A stretch of DNA of 64,000 bases from Octopus vulgaris (taxonomy: Eukaryota), in contig OX597833.1 of the NCBI GenBank assembly GCA_951406725.2, positions 11,346,001 to 11,410,000 of the forward strand, given 5' to 3'. Shown here piece by piece: positions 36,863 through 50,949 of the stretch. The stretch's first letter is position 1, and each line of letters starts with the position of its first letter. The position numbers and the translations under genes are program-made. The notes under the pieces were generated by a model that ran no database searches, was not told the DNA's origin, and saw only the letters and a program-made list of their open reading frames with translations.

Positions 36863-39819
36863 TAATAATAATAATAATACTTGTGTACAGTGCTCAGGTG
36901 CACTACAACTCATCTAAAGTGTATATATAATCAGGTGTAGTTTCGGCGGATTTCGGAAAGCATGAGGGCCTTAAAAGATGCAGTGTCATGGCAGTCAACA
37001 ACTGACGCAGGCAGTTTATTCCATGCTTCAGCAAATCTGAGCGTGAAAAAATGTTTCCGAAAGTCATGGGAGCTGTATTGTTTTCTGACTTTGTAGGCAT
37101 GTCCACGTGTGTTAGACACATGGAGATCAAAAAGGTGTTCAGTGTTGTTGTTGGTGAGGTGGTTGATAACTTTGTGGGTGTTTACCAAGTCCGTCGCCAA
37201 ACGCCGGAGCTTCAGTGAATCCATGCCCAGGGAAACAAGGCGCTCAGAATATGGTAGGTGTCTGATGGAGGGTATGCGTTTGGTTGCACGTCTCTGGACA
37301 GATTCCAGGAGGTCAATGTTCTGTGCAAGATAGGGGTTCCAAACTGATGATGCGAATTCCAAGTGTGGTCGTACCATAGCTGTATACAGTTTTAAATAGA
37401 TGGCTGGAGAGCGGCTAACAAAAGACCTGCTGAGTGATGCCAAGACACCCTCGGCCTTCCTGACAATCTTAGAGATATGCTTTGACCAACGCAAATCACT
37501 GCTGACAGTGATGCCTAGGTCACGCTCACAAGAGGATTTCTTGATATCAGTGTTGTGGAGGGAGTATGTGAACGCAGGGTTTTTTCTCCCAAAATGCATG
37601 GTGGTACACTTGTCCACAGCCAGTTTCAGTTGCCAGTCTGTGATCCATTGCTGCATTGTGTCTAGGTCTGATTGCAGGAAAGAGTTGTAGACATCAGGAT
37701 CTGTCCTCTTGATTTCAAGGTACAGCTTGATGTCGTCTGCATATTTCAATACTGTGGCATTCTTTAAATTGGCATCTATGTCGTTAATGTATGCCACAAA
37801 CAAGAGGGGACCAAGGACAGATCCCTGTGGTACACCCGATGACATCTCATATGGTGTAGAGTGCTGTCCTAGAACTGTGACTACCTCCTTTCGGCTGAGG
37901 ATGAAGGATTTCAACCAGTTAAAAAGGTCATCCCCCACACCCATTGCAGAGAGTTTCACCATAAGCCTTTTGTGTGGCACAGAGTTGAAAGCCTTAGCAA
38001 AGTCAAGGTAGACAACATCCACCCATGAGCCACTGTCAGTAATCTGAGTAATGTCCTCAAGGAACTCGACAAGCTGGTCACTGCAGCTGGAGTTAGGGAC
38101 AAATCCATATTGTGAGGGTCGGATGAGACTGTGAGAGCTCCAGAAGTTCCAGAGTGTTTCTCTGACACACGATTCCATCAGTTTTGCAATACAGCTAGTG
38201 AGACTGACTGGGCGATAGTTGACAGGTGATGTGCGGTCGCCCTTTTTGAACAGAGGAATGACACTGGCAGTTTTCCACTGCTCCGGAGTAGCACCATTGT
38301 TGAGACAGTACTGGAAGAAAATAGAAAGCTGGTGTAAAAGGAAGTGCCTGCCACGTTTGAGAAGCAGGTATGTAACTCCATCGAGACCAGGGGAGGCATA
38401 GTTGCGCTTATTTTGAAGGTGACGTCGCAGCATTGCAGGTGTAAATTCCATAGTTGTTATGGAGTTTGCTGTTAGTGATGGTGAAGATGGTACATTTTGA
38501 CTTTCAACAGTGAATATGTTTGCATAGCACTCGGCAATGAGTTCTGCGCATTCCTTGGGGTCGTCAGTGATCTGGTTTGTGTGAGGGTTGCGAAGAGGGC
38601 CCACTGGAGAGTGAGGTCTCTGCTTTGAGTGCACATATTTCCAGAAAACCTTGCTGTCAGGATTGGCTGCTATGCACTGTTCAAATTCAAGCACTGCTTT
38701 TTTTGTCACTTGCTTGAGATGGTTGGAGGATTTATTCCGCTTCTTCCTGTTGGTGTCTGATTTATGCAACCTGTATTCCCGTTCAGCAGTCCGACGTTCC
38801 CTCCTGGCAAGTCGGACCGCTGAAGTTTCCCAAATTGCCCTTTTGGGGCGGTTCTTCTTTTTTTGTTTACGTGGCACTGATGCTGCACATGCTGCCCATA
38901 TTGAGTCCAGGATACTCTGGAGTATAGTATTCACATCTCCAGAGTTGTAGAATTCACGCCAGTTTGGGTGCTGTAGTTCAGTGTGGTACAGGTTCCAATC
39001 TGCTCTCTTCCAATCGAAGGAAGCAGATTGGAGATGGTTCAGGTTTTTGTTGCCCGCAAGAGCCAGATTGGCGATGATCATAGCATGATCAGAGTCACCT
39101 AGAGGTTCCTCCGTAGTGCAATTGATAACTGCTTCAGGAGTTGTGGTGAAGAGCAGGTCCAAGGTGTTGTCGCCTCTTGTTGGAGAGGTGACTACTTGTG
39201 ACCAGTTTGAGTCCAGCACAAGCTCAACAAAATCGTTTGCACTCTGTGGCCAATGGAAGGTCTCCCAATCGATCTCAGGATGATTGAAATCGCCTGCAAT
39301 AAACACATAAGTGGCTGTTTTCCTGGCAGCAGCTCGGAGGACATTGCAAAGCTGTGTGTCCCGATGGTAACTTGGGGGACGATAAACAACGCCAAGCAGG
39401 AGTGTTGACATGGTCATATGCACGTCACAGAAAAAAACTTCTTCTTGTGATTCGTTCAAATCGGCACAAGGAATTACCAAAAAATTTGAACGAACGTAGA
39501 CCATCACACCACCACCACGGCGGTTAGTGCGGTCCTTACGGAAGAGGTTGTACCCCGTAATGTTGAAAACCCCATCACAGAGTAAGGAATGCGCCCATGT
39601 TTCCGTGACAGTGATGAAGTCAGGGTCAACACTTCTGACGTAGGCGTTGAACAAATGTATTTTGTTGCATAAACTGCGAGCATTTAAGGACAACAATTTG
39701 TACCCTGCTCGCAGTTTATGATGGTGTGTAGAGGATGGCAGGTTGTTCTGGCTTAGTTTCCCTGAGTTGCTGTAGTCTTTTTAGTTATTGTGGGTAGAGA
39801 GCACTCAGACCAGCTGGTA
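36863..39819 (-). mobile_element. CR1-group LINE, young; 5' part runs into the assembly gap
   Basis: Intact ORF2, short 3' UTR with GTGC-ACCTGA-GCAC hairpin and (ATT)n tail; absent from the paralogous site at ~4436. Confidence 0.9.
36931..39696 (-). CDS. LINE ORF2: APE endonuclease + reverse transcriptase, 921 aa uninterrupted
   Basis: LNARSL, VTETW, AGDFN, SDH, NYRPVSLTS, YLDFAKAF, GVPQGSVLGPLLF, YADD, ERDLG, VRPHLEF, ESVQRRATK. Confidence 0.95.
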   Translation of the reverse strand: MLSLNARSLCNKIHLFNAYVRSVDPDFITVTETWAHSLLCDGVFNITGYNLFRKDRTNRRGGGVMVYVRSNFLVIPCADLNESQEEVFFCDVHMTMSTLLLGVVYRPPSYHRDTQLCNVLRAAARKTATYVFIAGDFNHPEIDWETFHWPQSANDFVELVLDSNWSQVVTSPTRGDNTLDLLFTTTPEAVINCTTEEPLGDSDHAMIIANLALAGNKNLNHLQSASFDWKRADWNLYHTELQHPNWREFYNSGDVNTILQSILDSIWAACAASVPRKQKKKNRPKRAIWETSAVRLARRERRTAEREYRLHKSDTNRKKRNKSSNHLKQVTKKAVLEFEQCIAANPDSKVFWKYVHSKQRPHSPVGPLRNPHTNQITDDPKECAELIAECYANIFTVESQNVPSSPSLTANSITTMEFTPAMLRRHLQNKRNYASPGLDGVTYLLLKRGRHFLLHQLSIFFQYCLNNGATPEQWKTASVIPLFKKGDRTSPVNYRPVSLTSCIAKLMESCVRETLWNFWSSHSLIRPSQYGFVPNSSCSDQLVEFLEDITQITDSGSWVDVVYLDFAKAFNSVPHKRLMVKLSAMGVGDDLFNWLKSFILSRKEVVTVLGQHSTPYEMSSGVPQGSVLGPLLFVAYINDIDANLKNATVLKYADDIKLYLEIKRTDPDVYNSFLQSDLDTMQQWITDWQLKLAVDKCTTMHFGRKNPAFTYSLHNTDIKKSSCERDLGITVSSDLRWSKHISKIVRKAEGVLASLSRSFVSRSPAIYLKLYTAMVRPHLEFASSVWNPYLAQNIDLLESVQRRATKRIPSIRHLPYSERLVSLGMDSLKLRRLATDLVNTHKVINHLTNNNTEHLFDLHVSNTRGHAYKVRKQYSSHDFRKHFFTLRFAEAWNKLPASVVDCHDTASFKALMLSEIRRNYT

Positions 39820-39919
39820 NNNNNNNNNNNNNNNNNNNNNNNNNNNNNNNNNNNNNNNNNNNNNNNNNNNNNNNNNNNNNNNNNNNNNNNNNNNNNNNNN
39901 NNNNNNNNNNNNNNNNNNN
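39820..39919. other. Assembly gap (100 N)
   Basis: Run of N. Confidence 1.
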
Positions 39920-42900
39920 CAACCAACCAACAAACCAGTCATGACAAATCGATCCACCACCAACCCAAACCAGCCAACCAGGTGACCCAGGTGACCCACC
40001 GACCAACCAGCCAGCCAGCAACCAACCAACAAACCAGTCATGACAAATCGATCCACCACCAACCGACAAACCAGCCAACCAGGTGACCCACCGACCAACC
40101 AGCCAACCAGCAACCAACCGACAAACCAGCCAACCAGGTGACCCACCGACCAACCAGCCAGCCAGCAACCAACCAACAAACCAGTCATGACCAATCGATC
40201 CACCACCAACCGACAAACCAGCAAACCAGGTGACCCACCGACCAACCAGCCAACCAGCAACCAACCGACAAACCAGCCAACTTGCAGACCCACCGACCAA
40301 CCAGCCAGCCAGCCACCAACCGACAAACCGGCCAACCTGGTGACCCACCGACCAACCAGCCAACCAGCAACCAACCAACAAACCAGTCATGACCAACCGA
40401 TCCACTACCAACCGACAAACCAGCCAACCAGGTGTCCCACCGACCAACCAGCCAGCCAGCAACCAGCCAACAAACCAGTCATGACAAATCGATCCACCAC
40501 CAACCGAAAAACCAGCCAACCTGGTGACCCTCCGACCAACCAGCCAGCCAGCAACCAACCGACAAACCAGCCAACCAGGCGACCCACCGACCAACCAGCC
40601 AGCCAGCAACCAACCGACAAAGCAGCAAACCATGTGACCCACCGACCAACCAGCCAACCAGCAACCAACCGACAAACCAGCCAACTAGGTGACCCACCGA
40701 CCAACCAGCCAACCAGCAACCAACCAACAAAGCAGCCAACCAGGTGACCCACCGACCAACCAGCCAGCCAGCAACCAACCGACAAAGCAGCCAACCAGGT
40801 GACCCACCGACCAACCAGCCAACCAGCAACCAACCAACAAACCAGTCATGACCAACCGATCCACTACCAACCGACAAACCAACCAACCAGCCAGCCAGCA
40901 ACCAGCCAACAAACCAGTCATGACAAATCGATCCACCACCAACCGACAAACCAGCCAACCAGGTGACCCACCGACCAACCAGCCAACCAGCAACCAACCG
41001 ACAAACCAGCCAACCAGGTGACCCACCGACCAACCAGCCAACCAGCAACCAACAAACAAACCAGTCATGACCAATCGATCCACTACCAACCGACAAACCA
41101 GCCAACCAGGTGACCCACCGACCAACCAGGTGACCCACCGACCAACCAGCCAACCAGCAACCAACCAACAAACCAGTCATGACCAATCGATCCACTACCA
41201 ACCGACAAACCAGCCAACCAGGTGACCCACCGACCAACCAGCCAACCAGCAACCAACCAACAAACCAGTCATGACAAATCGATCCACCACCAACCGACAA
41301 ACCAGCTAACCAGGTGTCCCACCTACCAACCAGCCAACCAGCAACCAACCGACAAACCAGCCAACCAGGTGACCCACCGACCAACCAGCCAGCCAGCCAG
41401 CAACCAACCAACAAACCAGTCATGACCAATCGATCCACCACCAACCGACAAACCAGCAAACCAAGTGAGCCACCGACCAACTAGCCAACCAGCAACCAAC
41501 CAACAAACCAGTCATGACAAATCGATCCACCACCAACCGACAAAGCAGCCAACCAGGTGACCCACCGACCAACCAGCCAACCAGCAACCAACCGACAAAC
41601 CAGCCAACCAGGTGACCCACAGACCAACCAGCCAGCCAGCAACCAACCGACAATGCAGCCAACGAGGTGACCCACCGACCAACCAGCCAACCAGAAACCA
41701 ACAAACAAACCAGTCATGACCAATCGATCCACTACCAAACGAAAAACCAGCCAACCAGGTGACCCACCGACCAACCAGCCAACCAGCAACCAACCAACAA
41801 ACCAGCCAACCAGGTGACCCACCGACCAACCAGCCAGCCAGCAACCAACCAACAAACCAGTCATGACCAATCGATCCACCACCAACCGACAAACCAGCAA
41901 ACCAGGTGACCCACCGACCAACCAGCCAGCCAGCAACCAACCGACAAAGCAGCCAACCAGGTGACCCACCGACCAACCAGCCAACCAGCAACCAACCGAC
42001 AAACCAGCCAACCTGCAGACCCACCGACCAACCAGCCAACCAGCAACCAACCAACAAACCAGTCATGACCAATCGATCCACTACCAACCGAAAAACCAGC
42101 CAACCAGGTGACCCACCGACCAACCAGCCAGCCAGCAACCAACCGACAAACCAGCCAACTAGGTGACCCACCGACCAACCAGCCAGCCAGCAACCAACCG
42201 ACAAACCAGCCAACCTGGTGACCCACCGACCAACCAGCCAACCAGCAACCAACCAACAAACCAGCCAACCTGGTGACCCACAGACCAACCAGCCAACCAG
42301 CAACCAACCGACAAACCAGCCAACTAGGTGACCCACCGACCAACCAGCCAGCAAGCAACCAACCGACAAACCAGCCAACCTGGTGACCCACCAACCAGCC
42401 AACCAACCAACAACCCAGTCATGAACAAGTCATGACCAACCGATCCACTACCAACCGACAAACCAGCCAACCAGGTGTCCCACCGACCAACCAGCCAGCC
42501 AGCAACCAGCCAACAAACCAGTCATGACAAATCGATCCACAACCAACCGACAAACCAGCCAACCTGGTGACCCTCCGACCAACCAGCCAGCCATCAACCA
42601 ACCGACAAACCAGCCAACCAGGTGACCCACCGACCAACCAGCCAGCCAGCAACCAACCGACAAAGCAGCCAACCATGTGACCCACCGACCAACCAGCCAA
42701 CCAGCAACCAACCGACAAACCAGCCAACTAGGTGACCCACCGACCAACCAGCCAGCCAGCAACCAACCGACAAACCAGCCAACCAGGTGACCCACCGACC
42801 AACCAGCCATCCAGGAACCAACCGACAAACCAGCAAACCTGGTGACCCACCGACCAACCAGCCAACCAGCAACCAACCAACAAACCAGTCATGACCAACC

Positions 42901-45900
42901 GATCCACTACCAACCGACAAACCAACCAACCAGCCAGTCAGCAACCAGCCAACAAACCAGTCATGAAAAATCGATCCACTACCAACCGACAAACCAGCCA
43001 GCCAGGTGACCCACCGACCAACCAGCCAACCAGCAACCAACCGACAAAACAGCCAACCAGGTGACCCACCGACCAACCAGCCAACCAGCAACCAACCAAC
43101 AAACCAGTCATGACCAATCGATCCACTACCAACCGACAAACCAGCCAACCATGTGACCCACCGACCAACCAGCCAGCCAGCAACCAACCGACAAACCAGT
43201 CATGACCATCGATCCACCACCAACCGACAAACCAGCCAACCAGGTGACCCACCGACCAACCAGCCAGCCAGCAACCAAACCAACAAACCAGTCATGACCA
43301 ATCGATCCACCACCAACCGACAAACCAGCCAACCAGGTGACCCACCGACCAACCAGCCAACCAGCCAACCAGCAACCAACCGACAAACCAGCCAACCAGG
43401 TGACCCACCGACCAACCAGCCAACCAGACCCACCGACCAACCAGCCAACCAGCAACCAACCAACAAACCAGTCATGACCAATCGATCCACTACCAACCGA
43501 CAAACCAGCCAACCAGGTGACCCACCGACCAACCAGCCAACCAGCAACCAACCAACAAACCAGTCATGACAAATCGATCCACCACCAACCGACAAACCAG
43601 CTAACCAGGTGTCCCACCGACCAACCAGCCAACCAGCAACCAACCGACAAACCAGCCAACCAGGTGACCCACCGACCAACCAGCCAGCCAGCCAGCAACC
43701 AACCAACAAACCAGTCATGACCAATCGATCCACCACCAACCGACAAACCAGCAAACCAAGTGAGCCACCGACCAACCAGCCAACCAGCAACCAACCAACA
43801 AACCAGTCATGACAAATCGATCCACCACCAACCGACAAACCAGCCAACCAGGTGACCCACCGACCAACCAGCCAACCAGGAACCAACCGACAAACCAGCC
43901 AACCAGGTGACCCACCGACCAACCAGCCAGCCAGCAACCAACCGACAATGCAGCCAACGAGGTGACCCACCGACCAACCAGCCAACCAGCAACCAACTAA
44001 CAAACCAGTCAAGACCAATCGATCCACTACCAAACGAAAAACCAGCCAGCCAGGTGACCCACCGACCAACCAGCCAACCAGCAACCAACCAACAAACCAG
44101 CCAACCAGGTGACCCACCGACCAACCAGCCAGCCAGCAACCAACCGACAAACCAGCCAACCAGGTGACCCACCGACCAACCAGCCAACCAGCAACCAACC
44201 GACAAACCAGCCAACCTGGTGACCCACCGACCAACCAGCCAACCAGCAACCAACCAACAAACCAGTCATGACCAACCGATCCACTACCAACCGATAAACC
44301 AACCAACCAGCCAGCCAGCAACCAGCCAACAAGCCAGTCATGACAAATCGATCCACCACCAACCGACAAACCAGCCAACCAGGTGACCCACCGACCAACC
44401 AGCCAACCAGCAACCAACCAACAAACCAGTCATGACCAATCGATCCACTACCAACCGACAAACCAGCCAACCAGGTGACCCACCGACCAACCAGCCAGCC
44501 AGCAACCAACCAACAAAACAGTCATGACAAATCGATCCACCACCAACCGACAAACCAGATAACCAGGTGACCCACCGACCAACCAGCCAGCCAGCAACCA
44601 ACCAACAAACCAGTCATGACAAATCGATCCACCACCAACCGAAAAACCAGCCAACCAGGTGACCCACCCACCAAATAGCCAACCAGCAACCAACCGACAA
44701 ACCAGCCAACCAGGTGACCCACCGACCAACCAGCCAGTCAGCAACCAACCAACAAACCAGTCATGACCAATTGATCCACCACCAACCGACAAACCAGCCA
44801 ACCTGGTGACCCATCGACCAACCAGCCAACCAGCAACCAACCAACAAACCAGTCATGACCAATCGATCCACTACCAACCGACAAACCAGCCAACCAGGTG
44901 ACCCACCAACCAACCAGCCAGCCAGCAACCAACCAACAAACCAGTCATGACAAATCGTTCCACCACCAACCGACAAACCAGCTAACCAGGTGACCCACCG
45001 ACCAACCAGCCAACCAGCAACCAACCAACAAACCAGTCATGACAAATCGATCCACCACCAACAAAACAAACCAGCCAACCAGGTGACCCACCGACCAACC
45101 AGCCAACCAGCAACCAACCGACAAACCAGCCAACCAGGTGACCCACCGACCAACCAGCCAGCCAGCAACCAACCGACAAAGCAGCCAACCAGGTGACCCA
45201 CCGACCAACCAGCCAGCCAGCAACCAACCGACAAACCAGCCAACCAGGTGACACACCGACAAACCAGCCAACCAGCAACCAACCGACAAACCAGCCAACC
45301 TGGTGTCCCACCGACCAACCAGCCAGCCAGCAACAAGCCAACAAACCAGTCATGACAACTCGATCCACCACCAACCGACAAACCAGCCAACCAGGTGACC
45401 CACCGAACAACCAGCCAACCAGCAACCAACCGACAAACCAGCCAACCAGGTGACCCACCGACCAACCAGCCAACCAGCAACCAACCAACAAACCAGTCAT
45501 GAACAATCGATCCACTACCAACCGACAAACCAGCCAACCAGGTGACCCACCGACCAACCAGCCAGCCCGCAACCAACCGACAAACCAGTCATGAACAATC
45601 GATCCACTACCAACCGACAAACCAGCCAACAAGGAACCCACCGACCAATCAGCCAACCAGCAACCAACCAACAAACCAGTCATGACAAATCGATCCACCA
45701 CCAACCGACAAACCAGCCAACCAGTTGACCCACCGACCAACCAGCCAACCAGCAACCAACCAACAAACCAGTCATGAACAATCGATCCACTACCAACCGA
45801 CAAACCAGCCAACCAGGTGACCCACCGACCAACCAGCCAGCCAGCAACCAACCAACAAACCAGTCATGACAAATCGATCCACCACCAACCGACAAACCAG

Positions 45901-48900
45901 CCAACCAGGTGACCCACCGACCAACCAGCCAGCCAGCAACCAACCAACAAACCAGTCATGAACAATCGATCCACTACCAACCGACAAACCAGCCAACCAG
46001 GTGACCCACCGACCAACCAGCCAACCAGCAACCAACCGACAAACCAGCCAACCAGGTGACCCACCGACCAACCAGCCAGCACGCAACCAACCGACAAACC
46101 AGCCAACCTGGTGACCCACCGACCAACCAGCCAGCCAGCAACCAACCAACAAACCAGTCATGACCAATCGATCCACCACTAACTGACAAACCAGCCAACC
46201 AGGTGTCCCACCGACCAACCAGCCAGCCAGCAACCAACCGACAACCAGCCAACCTGGTGACCCACCGACCAACCAGCCAACCAGCATCAACCAACAAACC
46301 ATTCATGACCAATCGATCCACCACCAACCGATAAACCAGCCAACCAGGTGACCCACCGACCAACCAGCCAGCCAGCAACCAACCGACAAACCAGCCAACC
46401 AGGTGACCCACCGAGCAACCAGCCAGCCAGCAACCAACCGACAAACCAGTCATGACCAATCGATCCACCACCAACTGACAAACCAGCCAACCAGGTGTCC
46501 CACCGACCAACCAGCCAGCCAGCAACCAACCGACAAACCAGCCAACCTGGTGACCCACCGACCAACCAGCCAACCAGCATCAACCAACAAACCATTCATG
46601 ACCAATCGATCCACCACCAACCGACAAACCAGCCAACCAGGTGACCCACCGACAAACCAGCCAGCCAGCAACCAACCGACAAACCAGCCAACCAGGTGAC
46701 CCACCGACCAACCATCCAGCCAGCAACCAACCGACAAACCAGCCAACCTGGTGACCCACCGACCAACCAGCCTACCAGCATCAACCAACAAACCATTCAT
46801 GACCAATCGATCCACCGCCAACCGACAAACCAGCCAACCAGGTGACCCACCGACCAACCAGCCAGCCAGCAACCAACCGACAAACCAGCCAACCAGGTGA
46901 CCCACCGACCAACCAGCCAACCAGCAACCAACCGACAAACCAGCCAACCTGGTGACCCACCGACCAACCAGCCAACCAGCAACCAACCAACAAACCAGAC
47001 ATGACCAATCGATCCACCACCAACCGACAAACCAGCCAACCTGGTGACCCACCGACCAACCAGCCAACCAGCAACCAACCGACAAACCAGTCATGAACAA
47101 TCGATCCACTACCAACCGACAAACCAGCCAACCAGGTGACCCACCGACCAATCAGCCAACCAGCAACCAACCAACAAACCAGTCATGACAAATCGATCCA
47201 CCACCAACCGACAAACCAGCCAACCAGTTGACCCACCGACCAACCAGCCAACCAGCAACCAACCAACAAACCAGTCATGAACAATCGATCCACTACCAAC
47301 CGACAAACCAGCCAACCAGGTGACCCACCGACCAACCAGCCAGCCAGCAACCAACAAACAAACCAGTCATGACAAATCGATCCACCACCAACCGACAAAC
47401 CAGCCAACCAGGTGACCCACTGACCAACCAGCCAGCCAGCAACCAACCAACAAACCAGTCATGAATAATCGATCCACTACCAACCGACAAACCAGCCAAC
47501 CAGGTGACCCACTGACCAACCAGCCAGCCAGCAACCAACCGACAAACCAGCCAACCAGGTGACCCACCGACCAACCAGCCAGCCAGCAACCAACAAACAA
47601 ACCAGTCATGACAAATCGATCCACCACCAACCGACAAACCAGCCAACCAGGTGACCCACCGACCAACCAGCCAGCCAGCAACCAACAAACAAACCAGTCA
47701 TGACAAATCGATCCACCACCAACCGACAAACCAGCCAACCAGGTGACCCACTGCACCAACCAGCCAGCCAGCAACCAACCAACAAACCAGTCATGAATAA
47801 TCGATCCACTACCAACCGACAAACCAGCCAACCAGGTGACCCACTGACTAACCAGCCAGCCAGCAACCAACCGACAAACCAGCCAACCAGGTGACCCACC
47901 GACCAACCAGCCAGCCAGCAACCAACAAACAAACCAGTCATGACAAATCGATCCACCACCAACCGACAAACCAGCCAACCAGGTGACCCACTGACCAACC
48001 AGCCAGCCAGCAACCAACCAACAAACCAGTCATGACCAATCGATCCACCACCAACCGACAAACCAGCCAACCTGGTGACCCACCGACCAACCAGCCAACC
48101 AGCAACCAACCAACAAACCAGTCATGACCAATCGATCCACCACCAACCGACAAACCAGCCAACCAGGTGACCCACCGACCAACCAGCCAACCAGCAACCA
48201 ACCGACAAACCAGCCAACCTGGTGACCCACCGACCAACCAGCCAACCAGCAACCAACCAACAAACCAGTCATCATGACCAATCGATCCACCACCAACCGA
48301 CAAACCAGCCAACCCACCGACCAACCAGCCAACCAGCAACCAACCGACAAACCAGCCAACCAGGTGACCCACCGACCAACCAGCCAGCCAACCAACCGAC
48401 AAACCAACAACCAGCCAACCAGACCCACCGACCAACCAGCCAACCAGCAACCAACCGACAAACCAGCTAACCTGGTGACCCACCGACCAACCAGCCAACC
48501 AGCAACCAACCAACAAACCAGAGATGACCAATCGATCCACCACCAACCGACAAACCAGCCAACCTGGTGACCCACCGACGAACGAGCCAGCCCGCAACCA
48601 ACCGACAAACCAGTCATGAACAATCGATCCACTACCAACCGACAAACCAGCCAACCAGGTGACCCACCGACCAATCAGCCAACCAGCAACCAACCAACAA
48701 ACCAGTCATGACAAATCGATCCACCACCAACCGACAAACCAGCCAACCAGTTGACCCACCGACCAACCAGCCAACCAGCAACCAACCAACAAACCAGTCA
48801 TGAACAATCGATCCACTACCAACCGACAAACCAGCCAACCAGGTGACCCACCGACCAACCAGCCAGCCAGCAACCAACAAACAAACCAGTCATGACAAAT

Positions 48901-50100
48901 CGATCCACCACCAACCGACAAACCAGCCAACCAGGTGACCCACCGACCAACCAGCCAGCCAGCAAACAACCGACAAACCAGTCATGAATAACCGATCAAC
49001 TACCAACCGACAAACCAGCCTACCAGGTGACCCACCGACCAACCAGCCAGCCAGCAACCAACCAACAAACCAGCCAACCAGGTGACCCACCGACCAACCA
49101 GCCAGCCAGCAACCAACCAAACAAACCAGTCATGACAAATCGATCCACCACCAACCGACAAACCAGCCAACCAGGTGACCCACCGACCAACCAGCCAGCC
49201 AGCAACCAACAAACAAACCAGTCATGACAAATCGATCCACCACCAACCGACAAACCAGCCAACCAGGTGACCCACCGACCAACCAGCCAGCCAGCAACCA
49301 ACCAACAAACCAGTCATGAATAATCGATCCACTACCAACCGACAAACCAGCCAACCAGGTGACCCACTGACCAAGCAGCCAGCCAGCAACCAACCGACAA
49401 ACCAGCCAACCAGGTGACCCACCGACCAACCAGCCAGCCAGCAACCAACAAACAAACCAGTCATGACAAATCGATCCACCACCAACCGACAAACCAGCCA
49501 ACCTGGTGACCCACCGACCAACCAGCCAGCCAGCAACCAACCGACAAACCAGCCAACCCAGGTGACCCACTGACCAACCAGCCAGCCAGCAACCAACCAA
49601 CAAACCAGTCATGACCAATCGATCCACCACCAACCGACAAACCAGCCAACCTGGTGACCCACCGACCAACCAGCCAACCAGCAACCAACCAACAAACCAG
49701 TCATAAACAACCGATCCACGTCCAACCAACAGACCAGCCAACCAGGCGACCCACCGACCAACCAGCCAGCCAGCAACCAACTGACAAACCAGCCAACCTG
49801 GTGACCCACCGACCAACCAGCCAACCAGCAACCAACCAACAAACCAGTCATGACCAATCGATCCACCACCAACCGAAAAACCAGCCAACCAGGTGACCCA
49901 CCGACCAACCAGCCAGCCAGCAACCAACCGACAAACCAGCCAACCAGGTGACCCACCGACCAACCAGCCAACCAGCAACCAACCAACAAACCAGACATGA
50001 CCAATCGATCCACCACCAACCGACAAACCAGCCAACCTGGTGACCCACCGACCAACCAGCCAGCCAGCAACCAACCGACAAAGCAGCCAACCAGCCAACA
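39920..50100. repeat. ~10-kb complex satellite of interspersed 55-bp and 92-bp units
   Basis: 55-mer GGTGACCCACCGACCAACCAGCCAACCAGCAACCAACCGACAAACCAGCCAACCA, with or without a 37-bp insert containing GTCATGACCAATCGATCCAC. Confidence 0.97.
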
Positions 50101-50949
50101 ATTGTTTTGGCTGTTATTTTTATATAAACGTCACTGAATAAAAGATTGGTTGGTCATGACTGGATGTCTTCGATCATAGACCTGTTCGATTAGGCTTTCA
50201 TGAGGGCTGGACAACAACCACATTAACAACAACAATAACAAAAACAATAGCAACAACAACAACAACAACAACTACAACAACGTCAACAACAACCAACACA
50301 ACAAAATACATTAAATACGACCGATTCTCTCTAGAATTAGGAACCCGGCGTTGTTTGCGTGAGTCTGGCCGAGGCATTTTGAAATAGCAGCAACATGTCG
50401 GGAAGAAGAAGGGTTTCCACTTAGATTTTAATACAGGATCTTTCGTAAACCTCAATCTCTGGTGCTGGGGTCGGGGGTGGGGTGGGGGACTTTGATATTG
50501 CTGACATGTCTTCTCTTTTACCTTCGGCAATACAATGAAGGCTTTTGTTGTTGATGTTGGTGGTGGTGGTGTTGTTGTTTGAGATAGTAGTGGTGGTGGT
50601 GGTGGCAATGGTTGTAGTTGTGGTGGTGGTCATGGTAGTGGTGGTAGTAGTGCTGGTGCTGGTAATGGTTGTGGTGGCGGTCACGGTTTTGCTGGTGGTG
50701 GCTGTGTTTACCTCCGACGTCTGCCCAATCCAAACAATTCTTTTTTTGCTGTCATTTCTCCGTTCTTTGTTTTTTCAATTTTTTTATTCTTTTTATTTTC
50801 AGACATATTGCCTCTGAGATATAACGAAGATTCGATTCATATCGAAGTCAATTTTAATATTGGATTTACAAGTGCCCAAATCAGTGGTTCCCAACAGTAG
50901 TTAATTTGACAGTTGGGGGTCCATGTAAGATTGCTTTAAAATCTATCTA

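Noticed and set aside
39920-50100. CRISPR-like array
   Set aside because: No unique spacers, no cas genes, eukaryotic context.
39785-50101. Long Trp/Gly/Leu/Val-rich and Pro/Thr/Asn/Gln-rich ORFs
   Set aside because: They are translations of the satellite, open in several frames because of base skew; no splice or domain evidence.
50198-50817. Thr/Pro/Val-rich ORFs
   Set aside because: Derived from (CAA)n and (GGT)n trinucleotide repeats.
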